DNA from: an uncultured Chloroflexia bacterium
GTDB taxonomy: Bacteria; Chloroflexota; Ktedonobacteria; Ktedonobacterales; JADMIN01
Direction: 5' to 3'
Assembly (NCBI GenBank): GCA_963718915.1
Contig: CAVRAI010000003.1
Span: forward strand, 420,001-452,000
DNA length: 32,000 nucleotides
In this document: one piece after another, positions 1-7,942 of the stretch
How the letters are laid out: each line of letters begins with the position of its first letter
How positions within the stretch are numbered: the first letter of the stretch is position 1
Position numbers and translations under genes: made by a program
The notes under the pieces: model-generated
What the model was told of the DNA's origin: nothing
What the model saw: only the letters and a program-made list of their open reading frames with translations
Database searches by the model: none

Positions 1-1
1 G

Positions 2-1471
2 CACCGGCCGGTACGTGGTGGTCGGCAGTATGGCTACCCGCCGTACAACGATCAGCAGGGCAACCGGGGATATACCGACCAGCGCGATATGCGCGCGCCG
101 CGTGATCGTCGCCCGCCCGCGTCGCCCGCGTCCTATGCCGAGCAGGCCGAGCGCGGTGGGCCGCTCACCAACCGCCGCAATCTTGGCAATCAGGGTGGTC
201 GGCGCGGTCAGCCAGACACGCGCGGCGGACGCCCGTCGCGTGATGGCGGCTCGATGTACACTCATACGTCCACGCCCGCCGCCGCCGAGAGCCGCTACGG
301 CTACGGCCAGCGTCAGCCCGCGCCCGCTGCTCCGGCGCGAACCGTCGAGGTCAGTGGGGTGCTCTGGCTGGGTGGCGGCCAGGGCATGTCGCCCGCCGAG
401 GTACTGGATGAGCGCAACCTGCTCCCGCTCGCCCGCATCAATCCTGAGGATGTGCGCCGCTATGGGCTGCGCTCAGGCGATCTCATCAGCGGAATGGCGG
501 AGGAGCGCGCTGGGCGGCGTCATGTGGTGCAAATCGACAGCGTCAACGACGCCGATCCCGAAACGCAGCGCGACCGTCCGCTCTTCGAGCAGTTGACGGC
601 CACCTTCCCCGACCGGCGTATCCGGATGGAGCAGGGGACGCATCCCCCCGTTTCGACACGGCTGATTGATCTGTTCGCGCCGCTCGGCTTTGGCTCGCGC
701 GCGCTGGTCGTGGCCCCGCCAAAGACCGGCAAGACGACGCTGATCCGCGAGGCGGCGGAGGCGGTGCTGACGGGCTATCCCAATGCCGTCGTGATGGCGG
801 TGCTCGTCGGCGAGCGGCCAGAAGAGGTCACCGACCTGCGCGCCCGGCTGGAGCCGCGCGGTGGGTTGGTCTACGCGGCCAGCTTCGACGAAGAGACCGA
901 GCGCCATGCCTGGCTGGTTCAGGTGGCGGTCGAGCGCGCGAAGCGGGTTGCCGAGTCTGGACGCGACGCCTTCATGGTGCTGGACTCGCTGACACGACTG
1001 GCGCGCGCCGAGAATCTGGCGACGCGCGGCGCGGGACGCACGCTTTCCGGCGGTATCGACGCGCAGGCGCTGGATACCGGACGGCGCGCGTTTGGCGCGG
1101 CTCGTAACCTGGACGAAGGCGGCAGCCTGACGATTCTGGCGACCTGTCTGGTGGATACCGGCAGCCGTCAGGACGACGTGGTCTATGAGGAGTTCAAGGG
1201 CACCGGCAACATGGAGCTTCACCTCTCGCGCGAGCTGTCGCAACGACGGCTCTTCCCGGCAATGGATATCATCAAGTCGGGTACGCGCCGCGAGGAGATG
1301 TTGCTGACGCCCGAGGAGCTACGCGCGACCACGGCGCTTCGTCGTCGGCTGGCCGATGTGCCGCCCGCTCAGGCGACACAGCAGTTGCTCAACGTGCTGG
1401 AGCGCACGCAATCCAACGCGGCGCTGCTTCAGGCGCTGGAGCAGAGTGGCTGGCTCACCAGCGCGCGGTAA
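2..1471 (+). CDS. rho: Transcription termination factor Rho (5'-partial; frame open to the window edge)
   Basis: Walker A 'APPKTGKTTL', 'VLVGERPEEV', 'DSLTRLARA' and 'LFPAMDIIKSGTRREE' are typical Rho motifs. Frame 2 has no stop from nt 2, so the RG/Q/Y-rich N-terminal extension probably continues upstream. The first in-window ATG is at 89. Confidence 0.95.
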   Translation, partial: HRPVRGGRQYGYPPYNDQQGNRGYTDQRDMRAPRDRRPPASPASYAEQAERGGPLTNRRNLGNQGGRRGQPDTRGGRPSRDGGSMYTHTSTPAAAESRYGYGQRQPAPAAPARTVEVSGVLWLGGGQGMSPAEVLDERNLLPLARINPEDVRRYGLRSGDLISGMAEERAGRRHVVQIDSVNDADPETQRDRPLFEQLTATFPDRRIRMEQGTHPPVSTRLIDLFAPLGFGSRALVVAPPKTGKTTLIREAAEAVLTGYPNAVVMAVLVGERPEEVTDLRARLEPRGGLVYAASFDEETERHAWLVQVAVERAKRVAESGRDAFMVLDSLTRLARAENLATRGAGRTLSGGIDAQALDTGRRAFGAARNLDEGGSLTILATCLVDTGSRQDDVVYEEFKGTGNMELHLSRELSQRRLFPAMDIIKSGTRREEMLLTPEELRATTALRRRLADVPPAQATQQLLNVLERTQSNAALLQALEQSGWLTSAR

Positions 1472-1506
1472 CGTAGCGTCAGGCGTCTCCGGCTCTGCTT
1501 CTGGCT

Positions 1507-1530
1507 CCCCCTCTCCTATGGGAGAGGGGG
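1507..1530. other. Perfect 10-bp GC hairpin (CCCCCTCTCC-tatg-GGAGAGGGGG) 36 nt after the rho stop
   Basis: Arms 1507-1516 and 1521-1530 are exact reverse complements with a 4-nt loop. No U-tract follows on either strand. Confidence 0.6.
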
Positions 1531-1565
1531 CCGGGGAGTGAGGTTCGGCGTCACCACAACTATCT

Positions 1566-1599
1566 GGCCTCTCATCACCTTGATGGGGGGCCTTTTTTT
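1566..1599 (+). terminator. Possible intrinsic terminator downstream of rho
   Basis: GGCCTC (1566-1571) pairs with GGGGCC (1587-1592), including one G-U pair, and is followed by T7 (1593-1599). The 15-nt loop is large, so this is only moderately convincing. Confidence 0.4.
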
Positions 1600-1659
1600 G
1601 TGTCCTGGCACAGAGATGGCACAGGGTCTGCCACGGAAAGCGAGTGACTGTGGCATACT

Positions 1660-3118
1660 ATGCACGGAGAAGGACGACACCTGGGGAGGACTATGGACAC
1701 CGGCCTGATGCGCAATCCACGAATACAGAACGTGGTGGAGTGGATGGCGCGCGACTGGCGCGGCCCGCGCTATCTCGCCTGGGGTGGAGTGGCGCTGGCG
1801 CTGACCTCGCTGGTGACGATCTTCTATTACGCCAACGCGCCGCACCCTGGAATAGACCCCGACACCGCCGCCTATCTCCGCCAGGCCAGCGCCATCCTCG
1901 ACAGCGGCCATTTTGTTGATCCGACGCGGCTGCCGGGCTATCCCACCTTCATCGCGCTGCTCTTTCTGGCGACCGGACGCGGCAACCTCGACGCGGTCAG
2001 CATTGCGCAGGGCGTCCTTTATGTGCTGGCGACGCTGGAACTCTACGCCGCGCTCTGTCTCATGGTGCGGCGGGGGTGGGTTGCCGCCCTCATCGTCGCG
2101 CCCGTTGCGTTCAATACCCATCTGCTCTCCTACGTGCGCCCGCTGCTCTCGGAGGGGCTGGCGCTCTTTCTGCTGGCGTCGCTGGCGCTGGCGCTTGTCG
2201 TCGCCTTGCGCTGGCCGGGCGCGCGCGCGCTCTGGGGCGTGACGCTGGCGTTGCTGGCGCTCTTTCTGACACGGCCCGAATGGATCTATCTGCCGATTCC
2301 ACTCTTTGCGTGCCTGCTGATTCTGGCGTGCGCGGCGCGGGCTGTTGCGACGGCTGTTGCCCACCGCCGCCATCGCGCTCGGCGTGCTCTATGGGATGCT
2401 TGGCGGCTATGTCATCCTCAATCGCGTCCAGAACTCGTGTACGTGCGTCACCTATATCTCGAACGTCAACCTGCTGGGCAAGGTGATGCAGTATCGCATG
2501 GAACGCGAGGCTCCGCCACAATACGCGGCGCTGACCCAACTGGTCTCGGCGCATGTCGCGCGCGGCGACACCGACCCCTGGAACGTCATCCGCGAGGACT
2601 ACCCGCCGCTGCACCACGACTATTTCGCGCTGGCAGGCGAGTATAGCGGCGCCATCATCCGCGCGCACCCGGTCGAGTTCGTCGCGAAATCTGGCCCGGT
2701 GGCCGCCGCCACGCTGACGACAGTGAACCCCTTCCTGCCAATCGATCCTCAAAGGCCATTCGCCGCGCTTCTCCTGGCGATCAACACGGCGGTCACGACG
2801 CTGATGCGCAATCTGCTTCCCTTCTTCCCTCTGCTTGGGGCGGGCTGGCTGCTGTGGATGCTTATGCTCTGGTGGCGGCGCAAGCCTTCGGTGCTGGCGG
2901 AGGCGATGGGCCTCTTCGCGCTGCTCGGCGGCTATGGTCTCGCGCTGACGGTCTTCGGCGGCTACGTCTACTACGCCCGGCTGCGCGCGCCCTATACCCC
3001 GCTGCTCATCATCGTCGCCTGGGGCAGCGCCGTGCTGGCCGCGCTCTGGCTCGGTGGCCGCGCGCTCGCCTGGTGGCGCGGACGACATGTGCATACAGTG
3101 AAAAGCGCTGCCGACTGA
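1660..3118 (+). pseudogene. Polytopic membrane protein, GT-C/ArnT-PMT-like glycosyltransferase candidate, split by a 1-nt frameshift as assembled
   Basis: ORF 1660..2646 (frame 1; start 1660 or ATG 1693) is TM-rich until about 2338 and then becomes Arg-rich nonsense. Frame 2 opens at 2321 and stays TM-rich to 3118 (ORF 2345..3118). One extra G in GGG 2339-2341 gives ...LILACAARGLLRRLLPTAAIALGV.... The loop motifs 'DPDTAAYL' and 'LPGYP' give only weak family support. Confidence 0.6.
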
Positions 3119-3195
3119 TGCTATCCGCTATGCATGAAGTTGAGGGTTTTCAGCCAACGATACGAGAAGACTGCCCAGGCGCCATGCCAATCGAC

Positions 3196-5163
3196 CTACT
3201 GAGCGCCTCGACCATCTGCATCATCTGCCGCCACATCATCGAGCGGCAGGCCGACCATCTCCATCAGCTTGAGCGCGTTGGTCGAGGTGGCGACGCCGGG
3301 ACGCAGCCGATAGTCGAACGACATCGCGGGGCCATCCGGGCCGCGGGTGAACGTCTCGGTGAAGTGGACGGCGTCGCGGGTGGCGGTCAGGTCGGGCGTC
3401 TCGGTTAGCGACAGGTCGTGGGAAGAGACGGCCCCCGTCGCGCCGTAGCGCAGCAGCGTGCGGATGATCTGGCGCGCGGCAATCTGACGCTCGCTCGTGT
3501 TGGTGCCATGCAATATCTCATCCAGCAGGAAGAGCGGCTCGCGCTCGCCTGTCCCAGTCGTCCCAGTCGTCCCAGTCGTCGCGTGGGCAATCTCCACCAC
3601 CTCACGCAGCCGCCGCAACTCCGCCATGAAGTACGAGATGCCATACTCCAGCGAGTCCTGCACGCGGATGCTGGTCGCCAGTGTCAGCGGCATCAGGCGC
3701 ATCTCGTCCGCGCAGACCGGCCCACCCGCCTGCGCCAGCACAACGTTCATCCCGATGGCGCGCAGTAGCGTGCTCTTGCCTGACATGTTCGAGCCGGTGA
3801 CGAAGAGGAAGCGGCCCACCGGCCCGATGCCGACATCGTTGCCAACGCAGACCGCGGACGGCAGCAGCGGATGCCCCAGGTTGCGCGCGCTGAGGGCTGG
3901 CCCGTCGGCAGTCTTCTCAACGATCTCCGGAAATGCCCAGGTCGGATTATCCGCCGCCAGCGTCGCCAGCGCCGAGAGCGCCTCCAGCTCGCTCAACGTC
4001 TCCAGCCAGACACGCACCCGCCGCCCTGCCGTCTGCTGCCAGCCTTCGAGCAGCCAGAGCGCATGAAAGCTCCACAGCAAAAACGCCTGAATAATCGGGA
4101 AGAACATCGAGAGGCGAAAATCGCCGAATTGTAGAATATGCCCCAGCCGCCGCATCTGCTCGTCCGCGTTGATCTGTTCCGCCGCCAGATCGAGCTGAAT
4201 GCGCCGCAGCCGCTCCGCCTCAAATGGCTGTTGGGCGACCTGTGCGAAGACACCCTCATACGGCTGAAAGACCGCCTGGCGGTCGGAGACCTGGTCGATC
4301 AGCTCCTCGACCTGCTTGCCATAACTCATGCTGAAGAGAATGCTGGCCGCCAGGGCAAGCAGCCAGAACGGCGCCCGCACGACGCCCGTCACATTCAGCA
4401 CCGCCAGCCCAACCGTCAGCACGGGCAGTATCCGACTGATCCAGATGAGCGCGGGATGCTTCAGCAGCCACGGCTCTTGTTCGGCCCAGGCCAGAAAGGA
4501 GCGGTAGCCAGCGGGCGACATGCCCGAGAGGCGGCCAAAGAGCGTCAGCTCGTCGCGGAAGTCCACCATCTCAGCCAGTTCGGCCACTGCGGTCTGGCGC
4601 TCGCGGATCTCGTCGGGCGCGGCGGGAGCGAGCAGCCATCCTGTCAGGCGCTGCTGCGCGGCGGGGGTGCTGGCGGTGTTGAGCAGGTGTTGTAGTGAGG
4701 CGTGGCCGAGCAGGTCGAGGTCACCCGTGAAGGATGGTATGGGCGCGGGCGGCTCTGGCGGCTCGCGAAGTGGCATCGCGGGCCAGTCGCGCTCCAGGCG
4801 GTGCAGCCCCTCGTCATTAATCTCCGCCAGCGTTTTGAAGCGGCGAAAGCGGGCTTCGAGCCGTCCCTGGCGTACGAAGAAGTAGCCACAGGCGACCCAC
4901 ACCAGCGCCGCTGGAATGAGGAGCAGCATCGATTGCGTGCCGATGGCGAAGACGATGAAGATGAGTGGCGCGAAGAAGAGCAACACGGTCAGGTTGGCCG
5001 CCTGCATCCGCTGGCGATGGTAGTCGTCGCGCTGGCGCATAAAGACATTGCGCCGGGCGGCATAGAGCGCGGCGGGCGTGTCGGCTGCCACCATCGGTGT
5101 GGCGTCTTCTGGCGAGGCGGTAGATGATGATGATTGCACCAAGGCGCTGCTCCTGACCTGCAC
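3196..5163 (-). CDS. MutS-domain-V ATPase with N-terminal transmembrane region (MutS-related, no mismatch-binding domain seen)
   Basis: Walker A 'TGSNMSGKSTLLRAIG', 'SYFMAELRRL', Walker B 'LFLLDEILHGTN' and 'SSHDLSL' are present. Two hydrophobic helices lie near the N-terminus ('LTVLLFFAPLIFIVFAIG', 'LLLIPAALVWVACGYFF'). The start is GTG 5163 or ATG 5094. Confidence 0.85.
   Translation of the reverse strand: MQVRSSALVQSSSSTASPEDATPMVAADTPAALYAARRNVFMRQRDDYHRQRMQAANLTVLLFFAPLIFIVFAIGTQSMLLLIPAALVWVACGYFFVRQGRLEARFRRFKTLAEINDEGLHRLERDWPAMPLREPPEPPAPIPSFTGDLDLLGHASLQHLLNTASTPAAQQRLTGWLLAPAAPDEIRERQTAVAELAEMVDFRDELTLFGRLSGMSPAGYRSFLAWAEQEPWLLKHPALIWISRILPVLTVGLAVLNVTGVVRAPFWLLALAASILFSMSYGKQVEELIDQVSDRQAVFQPYEGVFAQVAQQPFEAERLRRIQLDLAAEQINADEQMRRLGHILQFGDFRLSMFFPIIQAFLLWSFHALWLLEGWQQTAGRRVRVWLETLSELEALSALATLAADNPTWAFPEIVEKTADGPALSARNLGHPLLPSAVCVGNDVGIGPVGRFLFVTGSNMSGKSTLLRAIGMNVVLAQAGGPVCADEMRLMPLTLATSIRVQDSLEYGISYFMAELRRLREVVEIAHATTGTTGTTGTGEREPLFLLDEILHGTNTSERQIAARQIIRTLLRYGATGAVSSHDLSLTETPDLTATRDAVHFTETFTRGPDGPAMSFDYRLRPGVATSTNALKLMEMVGLPLDDVAADDADGRGAQ
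3551..3580. repeat. In-frame 9-bp tandem repeat (GTCCCAGTC x3.3) inside the MutS-like CDS
   Basis: Units lie at 3551-3559, 3560-3568 and 3569-3577, plus a partial unit. On the minus strand they encode 'TTGTTGTTGTG', between the 'AELRRL' motif and Walker B. Confidence 0.95.
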
Positions 5164-5300
5164 ATGGATCTGCTACGAATGAACCCTCTCACAAGAATTA
5201 TAGCCACTTCTCCGATTCGTCAGCAGCGATTCGGGCTATTTCGAGGACGCAAGACCGAAACCGTGCGCGAGATCGTCATGCGCCACGGAGCGGACAGCTA

Positions 5301-5309
5301 TGTTATACT
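5301..5309 (+). promoter_or_regulatory. Candidate extended -10 (TGtTATACT) for the 5367 gene
   Basis: TGTTATACT is read directly, 58 nt upstream of ATG 5367 in the AT-richer divergent intergenic region. No good -35 element is visible. Confidence 0.3.
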
Positions 5310-5366
5310 CGCGATACTCATGGCACATACTACTGATCGCCGCGGCTCCTTGGTGGAGGAGGAGGA

Positions 5367-5936
5367 ATGCTCAACTTTACGACCGATATCTCGATTAGCC
5401 AGATCATCAGCGCATGTCTGTTGCTCGCGGCAGTAGGAGGAATTTTGCTTACCTACCGACAGATGCGAAGTAATTACCGGATGCAGAAGGCGACCTTCTT
5501 CAAAGAGTTGTACTCGACGATGTTCGCTGATTCCGAGGTGCGTAGCGCGCTCTACATGATCGAGTACAACCGTTTCGTCTACAGCGAGCAGTTTCACGGT
5601 TCGACCGATGAGAACATTGTGGACCGGCTGCTCAGTTTCGCCGACCTCGTCTGCGACCTCTATGCCCAGGACGTGCTGACCGACCACGAGATGGACTTTT
5701 TCAAATACGAGTTCTATCGCATTTATAAGAATACCAATGTGCAGCGCTATCTCGACTTCCTCAAGGAGCGCTACACCGACACCGGCCACAATATCGAGCC
5801 GTTCCCAGCATTCGTCGCCTATTGCGAGACCGAGCTACGCAAGCGCGGCCAGTCTGGCATCCGCCTGCTCGATAGCCTGCGCAACCTGCGCTTCGACTTG
5901 AAGGCGGTCGCGGCGCTTGGGCGGCGGCGTTCGTAG
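5367..5936 (+). CDS. Hypothetical protein with one N-terminal TM helix, in a low-GC island
   Basis: A strong SD (GGAGGAGGAGGA) lies directly upstream of ATG 5367. The N-terminal hydrophobic helix is 'ISQIISACLLLAAVGGILL'. The rest is helical and Y/F/D/E-rich, and I recognise no motif in it. The gene is visibly AT-richer than its flanks. Confidence 0.8.
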   Translation: MLNFTTDISISQIISACLLLAAVGGILLTYRQMRSNYRMQKATFFKELYSTMFADSEVRSALYMIEYNRFVYSEQFHGSTDENIVDRLLSFADLVCDLYAQDVLTDHEMDFFKYEFYRIYKNTNVQRYLDFLKERYTDTGHNIEPFPAFVAYCETELRKRGQSGIRLLDSLRNLRFDLKAVAALGRRRS

Positions 5937-5963
5937 CGTACCATAGCATCGCGGAGTCCCAGC

Positions 5964-6806
5964 ATGAGCGTCGTCCTCTCCCATGTGCAGATCGAACCGT
6001 TGCTCCGCGCGCGCAACGCGGGCGAAGCGTCGGCCACCACGTCAGCCGACCTGGGCCGCACGGAGACGCTGGTCACGCTTGACGCTGAGGGCATCCTGTA
6101 TCCTGTAGGCGAGCGCTTGCGCTGGGATGATGCCGCGCGCATCGTGAAGAACGCCTCGGTCTGCTTCACCCTGAGCGGCGGTGAGATCGCGGACATTCGT
6201 ATCTTCTCGCCGACGACCAACTGGGTGCGCAGCCTCTATCCCACGCTCTCCGCGCCGACGATGCTGGTCTCGGGCGTGCCGATGCATCGGATCAAGGATA
6301 CCGATCCCTGGCGCGATACGCTGGCGAAGGTGAAGACGATTGCGCCGATGGCGGGCCGGGTGCTGGATACCGCGACTGGCCTGGGCTATACGGCGATTGT
6401 GGCGGCGGAAACGGCGGCCGAGGTCGTCACCATCGAGCTAGACCCCGCCGGGCTGGAGATCGCGCGCGCGAATCCGTGGTCGAGTGAGCTATTCGAGCGG
6501 GCCAACATCCGCCAACTCATCGGCGATGCCGCCGAGATCGTGCCAACGCTCGATGCGGCCTCGTTCGCGCGTATTGTGCATGACCCGCCGCAACTGAGCC
6601 TGGCGGGTCATCTCTACTCCGAGGAATTTTACCGTGAGCTGCGGCGCGTCCTGGCCAGTAGAGGCCGTCTCTTCCACTACATCGGCGACCCCAACAGCCC
6701 CTTCGGCAGTCGCACCACCAGCGGCGTGATGCGTCGGCTGCACAACGCCGGATTCGCGCGCGTCGTGCGTCGGCCCGAGGCATTCGGCCTCGTCGCCTAT
6801 GCGTGA
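5964..6806 (+). CDS. Class I SAM-dependent methyltransferase (COG2521-like 'archaeal-type' family)
   Basis: Motif I 'VLDTATGLGYTA', 'TIELDP', motif IV-like 'HDPPQLS' and 'GRLFHYIGDP' are present. The N-terminal roughly 110 aa are non-MTase. SD GCGGAG lies 7 nt before the ATG. The family call is from memory of the COG2521 pattern. Confidence 0.85.
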   Translation: MSVVLSHVQIEPLLRARNAGEASATTSADLGRTETLVTLDAEGILYPVGERLRWDDAARIVKNASVCFTLSGGEIADIRIFSPTTNWVRSLYPTLSAPTMLVSGVPMHRIKDTDPWRDTLAKVKTIAPMAGRVLDTATGLGYTAIVAAETAAEVVTIELDPAGLEIARANPWSSELFERANIRQLIGDAAEIVPTLDAASFARIVHDPPQLSLAGHLYSEEFYRELRRVLASRGRLFHYIGDPNSPFGSRTTSGVMRRLHNAGFARVVRRPEAFGLVAYA

Positions 6807-6975
6807 CGGGGCGAGGAAGGCGTAGCATTCATGCTACGGCGAATGGGGCGGGGAAATTAGCCGCAGCCTGACAGGCTGCGGTCGGCCCACCCCAGCACCC
6901 TGTTCGAGGTAATTTGTTACAATTCATCATGCCGCGAACCCGGATTATAACCCACGTTGTTGGCTCGATCACCGT
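6807..6975 (+). repeat. B-family structured repeat, copy B1 (left end truncated at the MTase stop codon)
   Basis: It contains hairpin CGTAGCA-TTCA-TGCTACG (6821-6838) followed by CGAAT, then 'CCCACCCCAGCAC..TGT', as in copy B2. The right part, 'TTCATCATGCCGCGAA...GCTCG.CACC', is shared with copy B3. It fills the whole gap between the two convergent genes. Confidence 0.8.
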
Positions 6976-7334
6976 CTCATGTTAAACGCAAAGTTGACGC
7001 CGAAAATCATCGCGGCGACCACGATGATGCCAACAAGCTGCGCCTCGCCGCCCGCGATAGCCACAATCGGGATGCCGAAGATTAGCGAGCAGATGGCCAG
7101 CGCCAGCGCGTGCTCCGAGTGCTCGCTCTTGACCACCTGTGTCTGCTGTGTCTGCTGCACCTGCCGATTGAGTTTCTCGACCAGCGCGTCAAGGAAGTGG
7201 TCATCGTAGCCGGGGCCAAGCTCGCGCCGCGCTTCCAGGCTCGCCTGAAGGTCGCGCCGAATATCTTCCTGTGTCGCCCGCGCCGCCTGTGGTGATTGCG
7301 GAGGTTGCTGGGATTGCTGGGATTGTGGAGTCAT
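6969..7334 (-). CDS. Small membrane protein with a Q-rich N-terminus and a C-terminal double TM segment
   Basis: The N-terminus 'MTPQSQQSQQPPQSPQ' and the 'QQTQQTQ' stretch come from 9-bp repeats. The C-terminal hydrophobic part is 'ALALAICSLIFGIPIVAIAGG...IIVVAAMIFGVNFAF'. I recognise no family. Confidence 0.7.
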   Translation of the reverse strand: MTPQSQQSQQPPQSPQAARATQEDIRRDLQASLEARRELGPGYDDHFLDALVEKLNRQVQQTQQTQVVKSEHSEHALALAICSLIFGIPIVAIAGGEAQLVGIIVVAAMIFGVNFAFNMRR

Positions 7335-7467
7335 CGCGACCGCCGTCCTTTCGCTTGCTATCGGCCATCTCTGGGACCTGTAGAATTATACGTTATGCAA
7401 TGACGACGGGTTAACAACTACCTCTCACGACGCTCCTGGCCGACGGAACATTACGGATGCAGCGCGA

Positions 7468-7917
7468 TCACACTTGTGGAGGCATCAGCATCTCGCCATG
7501 TTCCTGGCAATGCTCGATGATGCCGTAAGTCCGTTCGTAGACATACTCACCCGGCTGAAAGTAGCGCTCATCCAGCGTCTGGAGAAACGTGACGTCCCGC
7601 TGATACGCCCGGCGCAGCACGGCACAGACCGCCTCTAGCGGCTGATCGCCGACGAGCGCGACAAACGCCGTGTTGATCGCGTCGTTCATCACCTGGTTCT
7701 GCGCCTCGTCCTCGAACTCAATCGGCGCCATACCGGCGGCGACGGCGGGAACGCGCACGGTCGCCATCATCTCCCAGCCCGCCAGGTGGGCGACGATCTC
7801 GCGCGGCCCCCACCCATCGTCCGCGCGGACAACACCTCGTTGCTCCGCCGCGATTGCTGTCTCCATCAGGCGCTCGTATGCATTCGCAAACGCCTGTAGC
7901 AGCTCATCTTTTGTCAT
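7468..7917 (-). CDS. DinB-superfamily four-helix-bundle protein
   Basis: 'REIVAHLAGWE' and the C-terminal 'IIEHCQEHGEM' give a His-containing pattern typical of the DinB/MDMPI_N fold. A strong SD (GAGGAG) precedes ATG 7917. Confidence 0.75.
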   Translation of the reverse strand: MTKDELLQAFANAYERLMETAIAAEQRGVVRADDGWGPREIVAHLAGWEMMATVRVPAVAAGMAPIEFEDEAQNQVMNDAINTAFVALVGDQPLEAVCAVLRRAYQRDVTFLQTLDERYFQPGEYVYERTYGIIEHCQEHGEMLMPPQV

Positions 7918-7942
7918 GAATCACTCCTCGCTAGCAGGAAAA

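Noticed and set aside
473-3094. Long minus-strand ORFs (473..1243, 1516..2373, 2111..3094) that overlap rho and the GT-C-like gene
   Set aside because: They are Arg/Pro/Ala/Gly-rich shadow ORFs, typical of the antisense strand in high-GC coding DNA. The opposite strand carries clearly recognisable genes.
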